This document shows positions 11,406 to 20,328 of a stretch of 64,000 bases of DNA, piece by piece (positions within the stretch are counted from its first letter, which is position 1; each line of letters opens with the position of its first letter). The notes under the pieces are model-generated. The model was given only the letters and a program-made list of their open reading frames with translations, ran no database searches and was not told where the DNA came from. The DNA comes from an uncultured delta proteobacterium. Lineage in GTDB: Bacteria; Myxococcota_A; UBA9160; SMWR01. The position numbers and the translations under genes are program-made. The stretch spans positions 32,001-96,000 of the forward strand of contig CAWHTE010000011.1 of assembly GCA_963832165.1 (NCBI GenBank). The letters run 5' to 3'.

Positions 11406-12701
11406 TCAACGACTTCGCTCGAACGCCGCCGCGTCGGTAAGGCCGACCTGGTCGAGCAATGCCGCCCTGTGCGCGTGAAGCCGCGCCGCTTCGGGCTCGG
11501 CGGTGATCCAGCTGCACAGCTGATCGAACGCATCGTACCAGTAGCCCGACTCGGCATAGAGATGTGCGGCGCTCCCCGGAGCGGGCGCCGAGAGGCGCGC
11601 GGCGATCTCACCGGTGGGCGGCGCATAGCGGATCGCCCCCCCCGACACCACATCCTGCGAACGTCGCTCGGGGTTGCGCACGAGCGCGACGAACCATCGA
11701 TAGTCGACGCCCGATCGCAGCTGGACCGCGCGCGCAGCCAGGTCCAAACGGTGCACACCGGCCTCGTGCGGCCCGGGCAGCATCGCTTCCAGCAGCGGCT
11801 CCGACGCACTCGGGTCGACGATCGTCACCTCGACCGACAGCGGTGTCGGATCCGACAGGAACCAGTAGAGGGATGGAGATCCGTGCGAGGTCGCTCCTAC
11901 CTGCGCGGGGCTCAATGCCAGGGGAGGCGCGATCTCGGCTGCGGCGTTCCGCGTGGCATCCCCGACGCGAACGGAGGGTCCAGCCGCGAGCGCGCCGGGC
12001 GCGTAGAGCGGAGGTTCCGCGGGGACCAGCGCGGCGATCTGGATCGCGCCAGGCGGCTCGGCCGGCTCCGTCGTCTCCTCCGCGACGACCGCGGGCGCGG
12101 GGCGGGCCGGCAGGGCAGGCAGCTGTGGCGGCGCGGGTAGCGTCGTTAGTTCGGGTTCGGGTGGTGCTGGAGAGGGCGCTACCTCGGGCGGTGCTGCCGG
12201 CGGGCCGGGCTCGACCTTCGCCACGGGCGCAGGGGAAACCGGCGGAGTCTCGCGCGCCGGGCGCGAGAGCAGCACGGCCACCGGGATCGCGATCACCGCG
12301 ATGACGGCGGCCGCGAGTGCAGGCCACCACCGCGCCGTGGCGCGCCTATCGCGCGCGCGTGGGCGCGCCGCGGAAACCGCGGCGAAGTCGAAGCGCTGCA
12401 ACACGGCGAGCTCGGTGCGGCAGGCCGGGCAATTCGCGAGATGCGTTTCGAGCCGCGCACGTTCGTTCGGGGCCAGATGCGACGACGGCGATGCCAACGC
12501 GATGAGCTCGGCCTCGGATGCATGCGCCGCGCCCGCGCCGTCGGGCGATCCCAGGGCCGCCTTCAACGCCGCGAAGTCGCCTACCGCGCGCGAGCAGTCC
12601 GGGCAGATCGGATAGTGATCGCGGAATTCCGTCCACGCCGCCGCGTGCGGGTCGACGGCGAACTCAGCGAGATCGATGTCCCGAGCCCTGGTGCAGCGCA
12701 C
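11406..12701 (-). CDS. Anti-sigma factor (two zf-HC2-like motifs, TM helix, Pro-rich linker) fused to DUF928
   Basis: HYPICPDC and HLANCPAC; one TM; C-terminal PSLYWFL...YAESGYWYDA; lies downstream of an ECF sigma. Confidence 0.8.
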   Translation of the reverse strand: MRCTRARDIDLAEFAVDPHAAAWTEFRDHYPICPDCSRAVGDFAALKAALGSPDGAGAAHASEAELIALASPSSHLAPNERARLETHLANCPACRTELAVLQRFDFAAVSAARPRARDRRATARWWPALAAAVIAVIAIPVAVLLSRPARETPPVSPAPVAKVEPGPPAAPPEVAPSPAPPEPELTTLPAPPQLPALPARPAPAVVAEETTEPAEPPGAIQIAALVPAEPPLYAPGALAAGPSVRVGDATRNAAAEIAPPLALSPAQVGATSHGSPSLYWFLSDPTPLSVEVTIVDPSASEPLLEAMLPGPHEAGVHRLDLAARAVQLRSGVDYRWFVALVRNPERRSQDVVSGGAIRYAPPTGEIAARLSAPAPGSAAHLYAESGYWYDAFDQLCSWITAEPEAARLHAHRAALLDQVGLTDAAAFERSR

Positions 12702-12774
12702 CCGGCCCCCTCCCCATCACTCGGATGCAGTGTCGTTTCCACCCATGGAGGCCGTGGGCGGCGGCCGAATCAGA

Positions 12775-13329
12775 TCACTTTTCATCGCGGTGCTCCCGGA
12801 GAGCCTCCCGGAGCTCCGCGAGGCCATCCCGCAGGTACCGCTTGAGCGTCCCCAGCGGGATGCCGTTCGCCAGGGCCGCCTCCTCATAGGTCTGGCCTGC
12901 CCCATAGACGGCCACCACGAGATCGCGCTTCTTGTCGGAAATCTTTGCGAGCGCGCGCCGGAGGTCTTCGCGCGCTTCGGCTTCGAGCTGAACGGCGCGC
13001 GGGCTCTCGTCGCTGGCGATCACCTCTTCCCATGCGAGGTCCTTGCGTTGATTCAGCACGATTCTGAGTCGGTCTAAATACTTGAATCGTGCCGTCGTCT
13101 TGAGGAAGGCGACGATCGCCTGCGGGTCTCGCAGTCTGCCCGCGCGCACCGCCAAGGCTGCGGCGGCAATCACCTCTTGCACGACGTCCTCCCATTCGTC
13201 GCGAAAGTCGTAGGCGTTCCAGCGCACGAGGAAACCGTTCACGAGGCGGCTCGTCTGCGCGAGAGCCAGTCGATCGCCGGCGATCACCCGGTTCACCACC
13301 GCGATCCAGTCCCGCTCCTGCACCGACAC
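12775..13329 (-). CDS. ECF RNA polymerase sigma factor
   Basis: EDVVQEV region 2; TYEEAA...GIPLGTLKRYLRDG region 4; 184 aa. Confidence 0.9.
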   Translation of the reverse strand: MSVQERDWIAVVNRVIAGDRLALAQTSRLVNGFLVRWNAYDFRDEWEDVVQEVIAAAALAVRAGRLRDPQAIVAFLKTTARFKYLDRLRIVLNQRKDLAWEEVIASDESPRAVQLEAEAREDLRRALAKISDKKRDLVVAVYGAGQTYEEAALANGIPLGTLKRYLRDGLAELREALREHRDEK

Positions 13330-13390
13330 CCGGCCAGCCTATCAAAAGGCCTTGCCGGACCGAGGATCGATCGTGTGATAATGCGGCTTC

Positions 13391-15124
13391 GTGTCCGCGG
13401 CGTGGCACAGGCGTCGATCCACGTGCGTGTCGGCGCTGTTCGCGGCGGCGTTCGCGTCGACGCCGGCCCGGGGACAGGTACCTCGCATCCCGTTCGAGCG
13501 CCCGGGAGATGTCCGACCCGAGGCCGAGTTACGGACACCCGAAGAGCGGCCGCACTTCACGCTTCCTCCAGTACCGCCGCCGACCGGCGAGGGGCCTCTT
13601 TCGGAGCACGCGCGCGTGGTCGCGCGCCAGTTCGTGGTGATCGGCAGCACGGTCTTCTCGGATCAAGAGCTCGCCGCCGTCACGGCGCCATACATCGGGC
13701 GTCCCCTGGCGGCCGAAGACCTCGAACATCTCCGCCAGCAGCTGACATTGCTCTACGTGAACGAGGGCTACCTGAATTCCGGAGCGCTGCTTCCCGATCA
13801 GCAGATCGAGGACGGGGTGATCCGATATCAGATCGTCGAGGGTCGGCTCACCGACGCCACCATCGAGGGGAACCGCCGGTTCCGCGATCGCTATCTCGAA
13901 AGTCGCATCCTGCGCGGCGCCGACACACCGCTCGACGTCTCGAAGCTCGCGGAACAGCTCGAGCTGCTCCAGCAGGACGCGCGCATCCGCCACATCGAGG
14001 CGGAGCTCTTGCCCGGCGAGCGCCCCGGCGAAGCGCGTCTGCGGACGACCTTCGAAGAGGAGTCTCCGCTGTTCGCTGCGCTGGAATTCAGCAACCACGA
14101 CTCACCGAGCGTCGGCCAGACCCGAATGCAAATTGACCTGGGCAATCACAACCTGACGGGCTGGGGCGACGCGCTTCGCGCCATGGGGGCGTGGAACCTG
14201 GGGCTGTGGGAGGGAGAGGTCGAATACGAGATCCCGATTACGCGGTGGGACACGAAGATCGGCGCGCGATTCCACTACGGCTCGAGCGAAGTCGTCGAGG
14301 AGCCTTTCGACGCGATCGACATCACGAGTCGGGAGCGCACGATCGCGATCGACGTGAGCCAGCCCCTGTACGAATCCGTGCGAAACCGGCTCGGCATCGG
14401 GCTCACTGCCGAATATCGCGAGACCAAGACCTATCTGCTGGACGAACTGTTTCCATTCGAGGAAGGAACCGACGACGGCCAGGTCGTCGTGAGCGTGATT
14501 CGCGCGAGCCAGGTATGGCTCTATCGCGACCTCAGACAGGTGATTTCCGCGCGGTCACAATTCAGCCTGGGCGTCGACGCGCTCGGTGCGACCACCGATC
14601 GGTGCGCATTCGATCTGAGCGGCGTGTGCACGAAGCGCGCTGGCATCCCGGATGCACACTTTCTCGCGTGGCTCGGCCAACTCCAGCTCGTGCGCCGCTT
14701 CGATCCATGGGGAATCGAGCCGGTCTTCCGCACCGATGTCCAGCTCGCAACGGAGCCGCTCTTCTCGCTCGAGCAATACGCCGTGGGTGGTCATCACACC
14801 GTTCGCGGCTACCGCGAGAACCAGCTCGTGCGCGACAACGGGCTTACGTCGTCGCTCGAGGTGCGCATTCCCGTCTGGACCGATGCCGCGCGCGAGCTGA
14901 CCGTGCAGCTCGCCCCGTTCTGCGACGCCGGCCGCTCGTGGAACCGCAAACGCGACGAGGTCAGCCCGCGCACGCTCGCGAGCGTGGGCGTCGGACTGCG
15001 CACGTCCTGGCGGCGCCTGCACGGAGAGCTCTTCTGGGGGCATCGCATCGAGCGAGTCGACAAGCCCGACGATCACACCCTCCACGACGAGGGCGTGCAC
15101 TTCGCGATCGCGGCGCGCTTCTGA
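13391..15124 (+). CDS. TpsB (ShlB/FhaC/HecB) outer-membrane transporter
   Basis: POTRA (LYVNEGY), VRGYREN loop motif, C-terminal Phe. Confidence 0.9.
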   Translation: MSAAWHRRRSTCVSALFAAAFASTPARGQVPRIPFERPGDVRPEAELRTPEERPHFTLPPVPPPTGEGPLSEHARVVARQFVVIGSTVFSDQELAAVTAPYIGRPLAAEDLEHLRQQLTLLYVNEGYLNSGALLPDQQIEDGVIRYQIVEGRLTDATIEGNRRFRDRYLESRILRGADTPLDVSKLAEQLELLQQDARIRHIEAELLPGERPGEARLRTTFEEESPLFAALEFSNHDSPSVGQTRMQIDLGNHNLTGWGDALRAMGAWNLGLWEGEVEYEIPITRWDTKIGARFHYGSSEVVEEPFDAIDITSRERTIAIDVSQPLYESVRNRLGIGLTAEYRETKTYLLDELFPFEEGTDDGQVVVSVIRASQVWLYRDLRQVISARSQFSLGVDALGATTDRCAFDLSGVCTKRAGIPDAHFLAWLGQLQLVRRFDPWGIEPVFRTDVQLATEPLFSLEQYAVGGHHTVRGYRENQLVRDNGLTSSLEVRIPVWTDAARELTVQLAPFCDAGRSWNRKRDEVSPRTLASVGVGLRTSWRRLHGELFWGHRIERVDKPDDHTLHDEGVHFAIAARF

Positions 15125-15234
15125 GGCAGCCGCCGTCGCGTTTTCCAAAACATTGCTGACGCAATGACCGGATCTGTCACACGCGCCTGCGATCTTCGTT
15201 TTGCGCTCACCCACTCGGTCCCGACGAGGTCGGT

Positions 15235-16965
15235 GTGGAAGCACTCGCGGTGGTCCGGGCGTTCGACGCGCCCGATGCAGAGGATCGCCTCATCGAGCTG
15301 GCGCGCTCGGGAGCGCCGCTGCGCAGAGTGCTCGCGGCATTGGCCGGGCGGCTCGCCGCGACGCGCGCGTGGGATCGGCTCGGCTACGTGCGGCTGCGCG
15401 ACTACGCGGTCGAGCGGCTCGGTCTGTCAGCCCGCCAGGTGCAGGATCTCGCGCACGTCGATCGCGAGCTGCGTGGGCTGTCCGGCATCGACGCCGAGTT
15501 CGTCGCCGGACGGATCACGTGGACGAAGGCGCGGCTCCTGTGCCGGGTCGCGACGCCCGAGGACGAGGAGGCGTGGCTGGATCTGGCCCAGCGCCTGACC
15601 GCGCGCGCTCTCGCACGCGAGGTGCGCGCGGTGGATGCGCGGTCACTCGAAGCGGGCGGGTTGCTCGACAGCGACGAGGACGGCGTCGAAGACGTGCCGC
15701 GCGAGACGATCTGGCTATCCGTGACTCCGCGCGTGCGCGCGCGCTGGAGTCGCGCGCGGCTGCTCGCGCGCCGGGTCGCTGGGGAGGCGCTGTCGCAAGC
15801 CGCGGTGGCCGAGGTGATTTCTGCGGAAGTGATCTCGGCGATCGGCGTCGATGGGGATCCCAGGCTCGCCACGCCGCTTTACCTTTCGCGACCTGCAGTT
15901 CCGGGGCACGGTAGTCGTAGGGCGGGAGGAGCGGAAGGCGGATCCCGCCTTCCGCGGCTGGTACCTGATGACGGGATGCGCTGCGCTTTCCCGCCTTACG
16001 AGCTGCCGGCATTCCTCGCACCGCTCGTCGAGGGCCTCGAGTCCTGCGACGCGATCGAACTCGACGCGCGGCTGCGGCGGGCGCTGCGGATCGAACAGCG
16101 GTGGCTCGCGGAGATCGGCCCGCTGCTGCGCGAGGTCGCGCGCACGCGGAGCTACCGGTTCCGCGGCAGTCCGAATCTGGCGGTGTTCGCACGCGAGCGG
16201 CTCGGCGTGTCTCCGCGCAAGGCGCAGGCGCTGCTGCGGCTCGAGCGAGCCTGCGCGAATTCGCCGGAGCTGCGCGCCGCGTTCTCGAGCGGTCGCCTGT
16301 CCTGGGTACAGGCCCACGCGTTGATACCGATCGTCGTGCTCGAGCACGCCGAGCCGTGGCGCGCGGCGTGGGTGGCACACGCTGAGTCGGTCTCGGTGCG
16401 CCGCCTCGAGGAGGACGTGGAGCGCGCGATCGTCACCGGCGATCTCGAGGTGCAAACGGGTGCGCACTCCACGGTCGAAAAATCACAAGAGGAGTGCCTC
16501 GCGAATCAGAAAGGCATGGCCAGCCTGTTCTTTGCCGCATCCGCCGACGGGGCGCGCCTGTTCAAGGCGGTCCTCGCGACCGCACAGCGGCGGATCGAGC
16601 GGCGGAACGGCCGCACGGCGAGCGAGAGCGAGGCGCTCGACGCGATGCTCGAGCACTGCTTCGAGACCTGGACGCTGCCGAACGCAAAGGTGCAGCGCGA
16701 GCATCGCGTGTTCGAGCGCGACGGCTGGCGCTGCACGGTGCCAGGTTGCTCGTCCTTCCGGAACCTGCACGACCACCACGTCCAGTTCCGATCGGCGGGT
16801 GGCTCCAACGAGCTCTGGAATCGCACCACGCTTTGCGCGGCGCACCATCAGCGCAGCGTGCACGCGGGAATCGGGCGGATTCGCATCCGCGGCCGCGCGC
16901 CCGACGGGCTGCGCTTCGAGCTGCCGCTCCTAACTTATGGCCCGGGAGAACGGATTCTCCGCTGA
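15235..16965 (+). CDS. HNH endonuclease with duplicated DUF222-like helical domains
   Basis: Two ERLG(L/V)S...GR(I/L)xW repeats; C-terminal RDGWRCTVPGC...HHV...GGSN...NRTTLCAAHH. Confidence 0.85.
   Translation: MEALAVVRAFDAPDAEDRLIELARSGAPLRRVLAALAGRLAATRAWDRLGYVRLRDYAVERLGLSARQVQDLAHVDRELRGLSGIDAEFVAGRITWTKARLLCRVATPEDEEAWLDLAQRLTARALAREVRAVDARSLEAGGLLDSDEDGVEDVPRETIWLSVTPRVRARWSRARLLARRVAGEALSQAAVAEVISAEVISAIGVDGDPRLATPLYLSRPAVPGHGSRRAGGAEGGSRLPRLVPDDGMRCAFPPYELPAFLAPLVEGLESCDAIELDARLRRALRIEQRWLAEIGPLLREVARTRSYRFRGSPNLAVFARERLGVSPRKAQALLRLERACANSPELRAAFSSGRLSWVQAHALIPIVVLEHAEPWRAAWVAHAESVSVRRLEEDVERAIVTGDLEVQTGAHSTVEKSQEECLANQKGMASLFFAASADGARLFKAVLATAQRRIERRNGRTASESEALDAMLEHCFETWTLPNAKVQREHRVFERDGWRCTVPGCSSFRNLHDHHVQFRSAGGSNELWNRTTLCAAHHQRSVHAGIGRIRIRGRAPDGLRFELPLLTYGPGERILR
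15917..15999. repeat. Inverted REP doublet (REPIN-like) embedded in-frame in the HNH gene
   Basis: Type A copy at 15917-15953 and type B copy at 15968-15999 match the intergenic copies at 889 and 11370. Confidence 0.82.
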
Positions 16966-16974
16966 GGGGCTCCG

Positions 16975-18876
16975 CTACTCGTCGCGCGACAGGTAGGTGT
17001 ACTCCTGGAGCCCCTGGTCGTAGCGCTTGACCAGCCGAGCGCTCTCCTCCGAGGTCATCTCGCCCTTGCGCAGCGCCTGCTCGATCGTGCGGCGCACCTT
17101 CTCGACGAGCGCGCGGCGGTCGTACTGGACGTAGGCGAGCACCTCGTCGACCCCGTCGCCCTCGACCACGTGCTCCACCGTGTAGCCGCCCTCCTCGGAG
17201 AGCCGCACGTGCACGGCGTCGGTGTCGCCGAACAGGTTGTGCAGGTCGCCCAGGATCTCCTGATAGGCGCCGACCAGGAACATGCCGATGTAGTACGGCT
17301 GCCCATTCCAGCTGTGCAGCTCGAGCACGTCCTTGACGTCGTGGAGGTCGATGAACTGGTCGATCTTGCCGTCGCTGTCGCAGGTCAGGTCGGCGAACAC
17401 GCCGCGCCGGGTCGGCTTCTCGTCGAGCCGGTGGATCGGCAGGATCGGGAACAGCTGCTTCACGGCCCAGTGGTCGGGCGCCGACTGGAACACCGAGAGG
17501 TTGGCGTAGTAGGTGTCGGCCAGGCTCTTCTCGAGATCCTCGAGCTCTTCGGGCACCTCGGGCAGCTCGCGCAGGATGCGCAGGATCTTCGCGCAGCAGC
17601 AGTAGAACAGCCGCTCCACGCTCGCGCGCGCGCGCAGGTCGAGGTAGCCGAGCGCGAACAGCGTCGCGGCCTCCTCCTTGAGCTGGAGCGCGTCGTGGTA
17701 GGCCTCGGGCAGGTTCTTCTTGGTGATCGAATCCATCACCTCGCCGAGGTTCTTGACCACCCTGTGGTCGGCGTCGGTGACCGGCGGCGGCGCTTGGCTC
17801 GACAGCACCTCGTTCACACCGAGCACGTCGAATACGAGCACCGAGTGGTGCGCCACCATCGCGCGCCCGGCCTCGGTCACGATGTCGGGGTGCGGCACGC
17901 GCGCGGCGTCGCACGCCTCCTGGATCACCGCCACCACGTCGTTCGCGTACTCCTGGGTGGAGTAGTTCTTCGAGGAGTGGAAGTTGGTGCGCGAGCCGTC
18001 GTAGTCGACGCCGAGCCCGCCGCCGACGTCGAGGATGGTCGGGCGCGCGCCGAGCTGGTGCAGGCCCACGAAGATCCGGCTCGCCTCGGCGAGCGCGTCC
18101 TTGTGGGCGCGGATCGCGGTGATCTGCGAGCCGATGTGGAAGTGCAGCAGCTCCAGGCAGTCGAGCATGTCCTCGTCGCGCAGCCGGTCGACCGCCTCGA
18201 CGATCTCGAGCGCGGACAGGCCGAACTTCGAGCGGTCTCCCGTCGAATCCACCCACTTGCCCGCGCCCTTCGCGGTGAGCCGAGCCCGCACGCCGATGTG
18301 CGGGCGGATGCCGAGCTCGCGCGAGGTCTTGATCAGGAGGTCGATCTCGTGGAAGCGGTCGATCACGATGATCGGAGTGCGGCCGATCCGCTGGGCCAGG
18401 AGCGCCGTCTCGATGTAGGCGCGGTCCTTGTAACCGTTGCAGACGATCAGTGCGCCGGGCGTGTCGAGCAGCGCGAGCGCGATCAGGAGCTCGGGCTTGC
18501 TGCCGGCCTCGAGGCCGACCCGGCCCTCCGCCCCGTACTGCACGATCTCCTCGACCACGTGCCGCTGCTGGTTCACCTTGATCGGGTAGACGCCGCGGAA
18601 CGCGCCCCGGTAGCCGTACTCGCGGATCGCGTTGCCGAACGCGTGCGAGATGCCGCGCACGCGCGCGGAGAGGATGTCGGAGAAGCGGATCAAGAGCGGT
18701 GCGCGCAGGCCGCGCTGCTCGAGGTCGCGCACGAGGTCGAGCAGGTCGATGCCGCCGTTCGCGGGGCCCTGCGGGCGCACTTCCACGTGACCGCGATCGT
18801 TCACGGTGAAGAAGCCCGCGCCCCAGGCCTCGAGGTTGTAGAGCTCGAGGCTGTCGCGGTGGGTCCAACCATGCAT
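16975..18876 (-). CDS. speA: Biosynthetic arginine decarboxylase
   Basis: YPIKVNQ, EAGSKPEL, HFHIGSQI, DVGGGLGVDYDG, TCDSDG, GAYQEILGDLHNLFGD. Confidence 0.96.
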   Translation of the reverse strand: MHGWTHRDSLELYNLEAWGAGFFTVNDRGHVEVRPQGPANGGIDLLDLVRDLEQRGLRAPLLIRFSDILSARVRGISHAFGNAIREYGYRGAFRGVYPIKVNQQRHVVEEIVQYGAEGRVGLEAGSKPELLIALALLDTPGALIVCNGYKDRAYIETALLAQRIGRTPIIVIDRFHEIDLLIKTSRELGIRPHIGVRARLTAKGAGKWVDSTGDRSKFGLSALEIVEAVDRLRDEDMLDCLELLHFHIGSQITAIRAHKDALAEASRIFVGLHQLGARPTILDVGGGLGVDYDGSRTNFHSSKNYSTQEYANDVVAVIQEACDAARVPHPDIVTEAGRAMVAHHSVLVFDVLGVNEVLSSQAPPPVTDADHRVVKNLGEVMDSITKKNLPEAYHDALQLKEEAATLFALGYLDLRARASVERLFYCCCAKILRILRELPEVPEELEDLEKSLADTYYANLSVFQSAPDHWAVKQLFPILPIHRLDEKPTRRGVFADLTCDSDGKIDQFIDLHDVKDVLELHSWNGQPYYIGMFLVGAYQEILGDLHNLFGDTDAVHVRLSEEGGYTVEHVVEGDGVDEVLAYVQYDRRALVEKVRRTIEQALRKGEMTSEESARLVKRYDQGLQEYTYLSRDE

Positions 18877-18959
18877 GGGCGACGCTCCCCTGGTCAGAAT
18901 CGCGCGCATTGTAGGGACAAACAACCGCTTCGCGTCAGCGAAAATCGTGCCGAGTCCCT

Positions 18960-20264
18960 TCAGTCGGTCGGCAGCGGCTCCTCGCTCTGTTCGCCGCTGG
19001 CCAGATCGCGGACGAGCACGACGCCTCGCGCGAGCTCTTCCGGACCCAGCAGATAGATGAACCGTGCGCCCGCGCGATCGGCATCGGCGAGCGCGCGCTT
19101 GAGCTTCATCGGCGCGAGCACGAGCTCCGCGGACCGTCCGCCCGCGCGCAGGCGCTGCGCCACCCGGATCGCCGCGGGTCGTTCTGCCTCAGTGAACGGG
19201 AACACCACGGCGTCCAACGCGCGCGCGCACGCGGGCCGCACGCCCTCGTCGCGGAGCAGCTCTTCGATCACCGCGTCGCCGAAGCCGAACCCCACCGCGG
19301 GCATCGCGGGGCCGCCGAGCGCCTCGAGCAGGCGGTCGTAGCGTCCGCCGCCGCAGATCGCGCGCAGCTTGCGGCCCGCGTCGAACGCCTCGAACACGAT
19401 CCCGGTGTAGTACGCGAGGCCGCGCACGATCGAGGCGTCGAACTCCACGCGGTCGGAGAGGCCGTAGGCGTCGAGCAGCTCGAACAGGCGCAGCAGGTCG
19501 CGGCGCGCGGCCGAGTCCGCGGGCAGCCCCGCGGCCGCGGTCTGCACATCGCGCACCGCGAGCCACTCGACCACCTCGCGCGCGGACGCCGCGGAGAGCC
19601 GGATCGCGCCGTTCGGGTCCGTGAGCTGCTCCTGGACTGCGTCGGCTCCGATCTTGTCGATCTTGTCGATCGCGATGCAGAGCGCCGGGAACGCCTCGCC
19701 GCGGCCGCGCAGCGCGCCCGCGGAGAGCGTCTCTTCGAGCAGCGCGCGGCTGCTGATCCCGATCCGCACCGCACCCCGCGCGAGCCCGAGCCGGTCGATC
19801 AGCGCGAACACCGAAGCGATCAGCTCGGCCTCGGCCGCGACCCCGGGCTCGCCCCAGATGTCCATGTTCCACTGGTAGTGCTCGCGGCGACGCCCGCGCG
19901 TCATGCGCTCGTAGCGCCAGCACTGCGCGATCGTCGTCCAGCGCAGTGGCAGCCGCAGGCTGCCCGCTCGCGCCATCACCATGCGCGCGAGCGAGGGCGT
20001 GAACTCCGGGCGCAGCGCATAGCGGCGTTCGTGCAGCTCGAAGTGGAACAGCTGCTCCGTGATCTCCTCGCCGGCCTTGCGCGTGAACAGCTCTGCGAAC
20101 TCGAGCACGGGCGCGTCGACGCCCTCGAAGCCGAACTCGCGCGAGACCGCGCGAAAGTGCTCGAACAGCCAGTCGCGGAAGCGCAGGTCTTCGGGGTAGA
20201 AGTCGCGCGTACCGCGCGGCGGCTGCAGGGGAGATCCGCTCTTCTCGCTCACGGCGCGTTCCAT
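18960..20264 (-). CDS. hisS: Histidine--tRNA ligase
   Basis: PRGTRDF, LRPEFT, WRYER, RGLAYYTG, GGGRYD; start could be GTG at 20252. Confidence 0.95.
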   Translation of the reverse strand: MERAVSEKSGSPLQPPRGTRDFYPEDLRFRDWLFEHFRAVSREFGFEGVDAPVLEFAELFTRKAGEEITEQLFHFELHERRYALRPEFTPSLARMVMARAGSLRLPLRWTTIAQCWRYERMTRGRRREHYQWNMDIWGEPGVAAEAELIASVFALIDRLGLARGAVRIGISSRALLEETLSAGALRGRGEAFPALCIAIDKIDKIGADAVQEQLTDPNGAIRLSAASAREVVEWLAVRDVQTAAAGLPADSAARRDLLRLFELLDAYGLSDRVEFDASIVRGLAYYTGIVFEAFDAGRKLRAICGGGRYDRLLEALGGPAMPAVGFGFGDAVIEELLRDEGVRPACARALDAVVFPFTEAERPAAIRVAQRLRAGGRSAELVLAPMKLKRALADADRAGARFIYLLGPEELARGVVLVRDLASGEQSEEPLPTD

Positions 20265-20328
20265 ACCACAGGGCCCCCGTACGTGCCTTTTGCTAGACAA
20301 GCCCCGCTTGCGAATCCGCGGAGGAACC

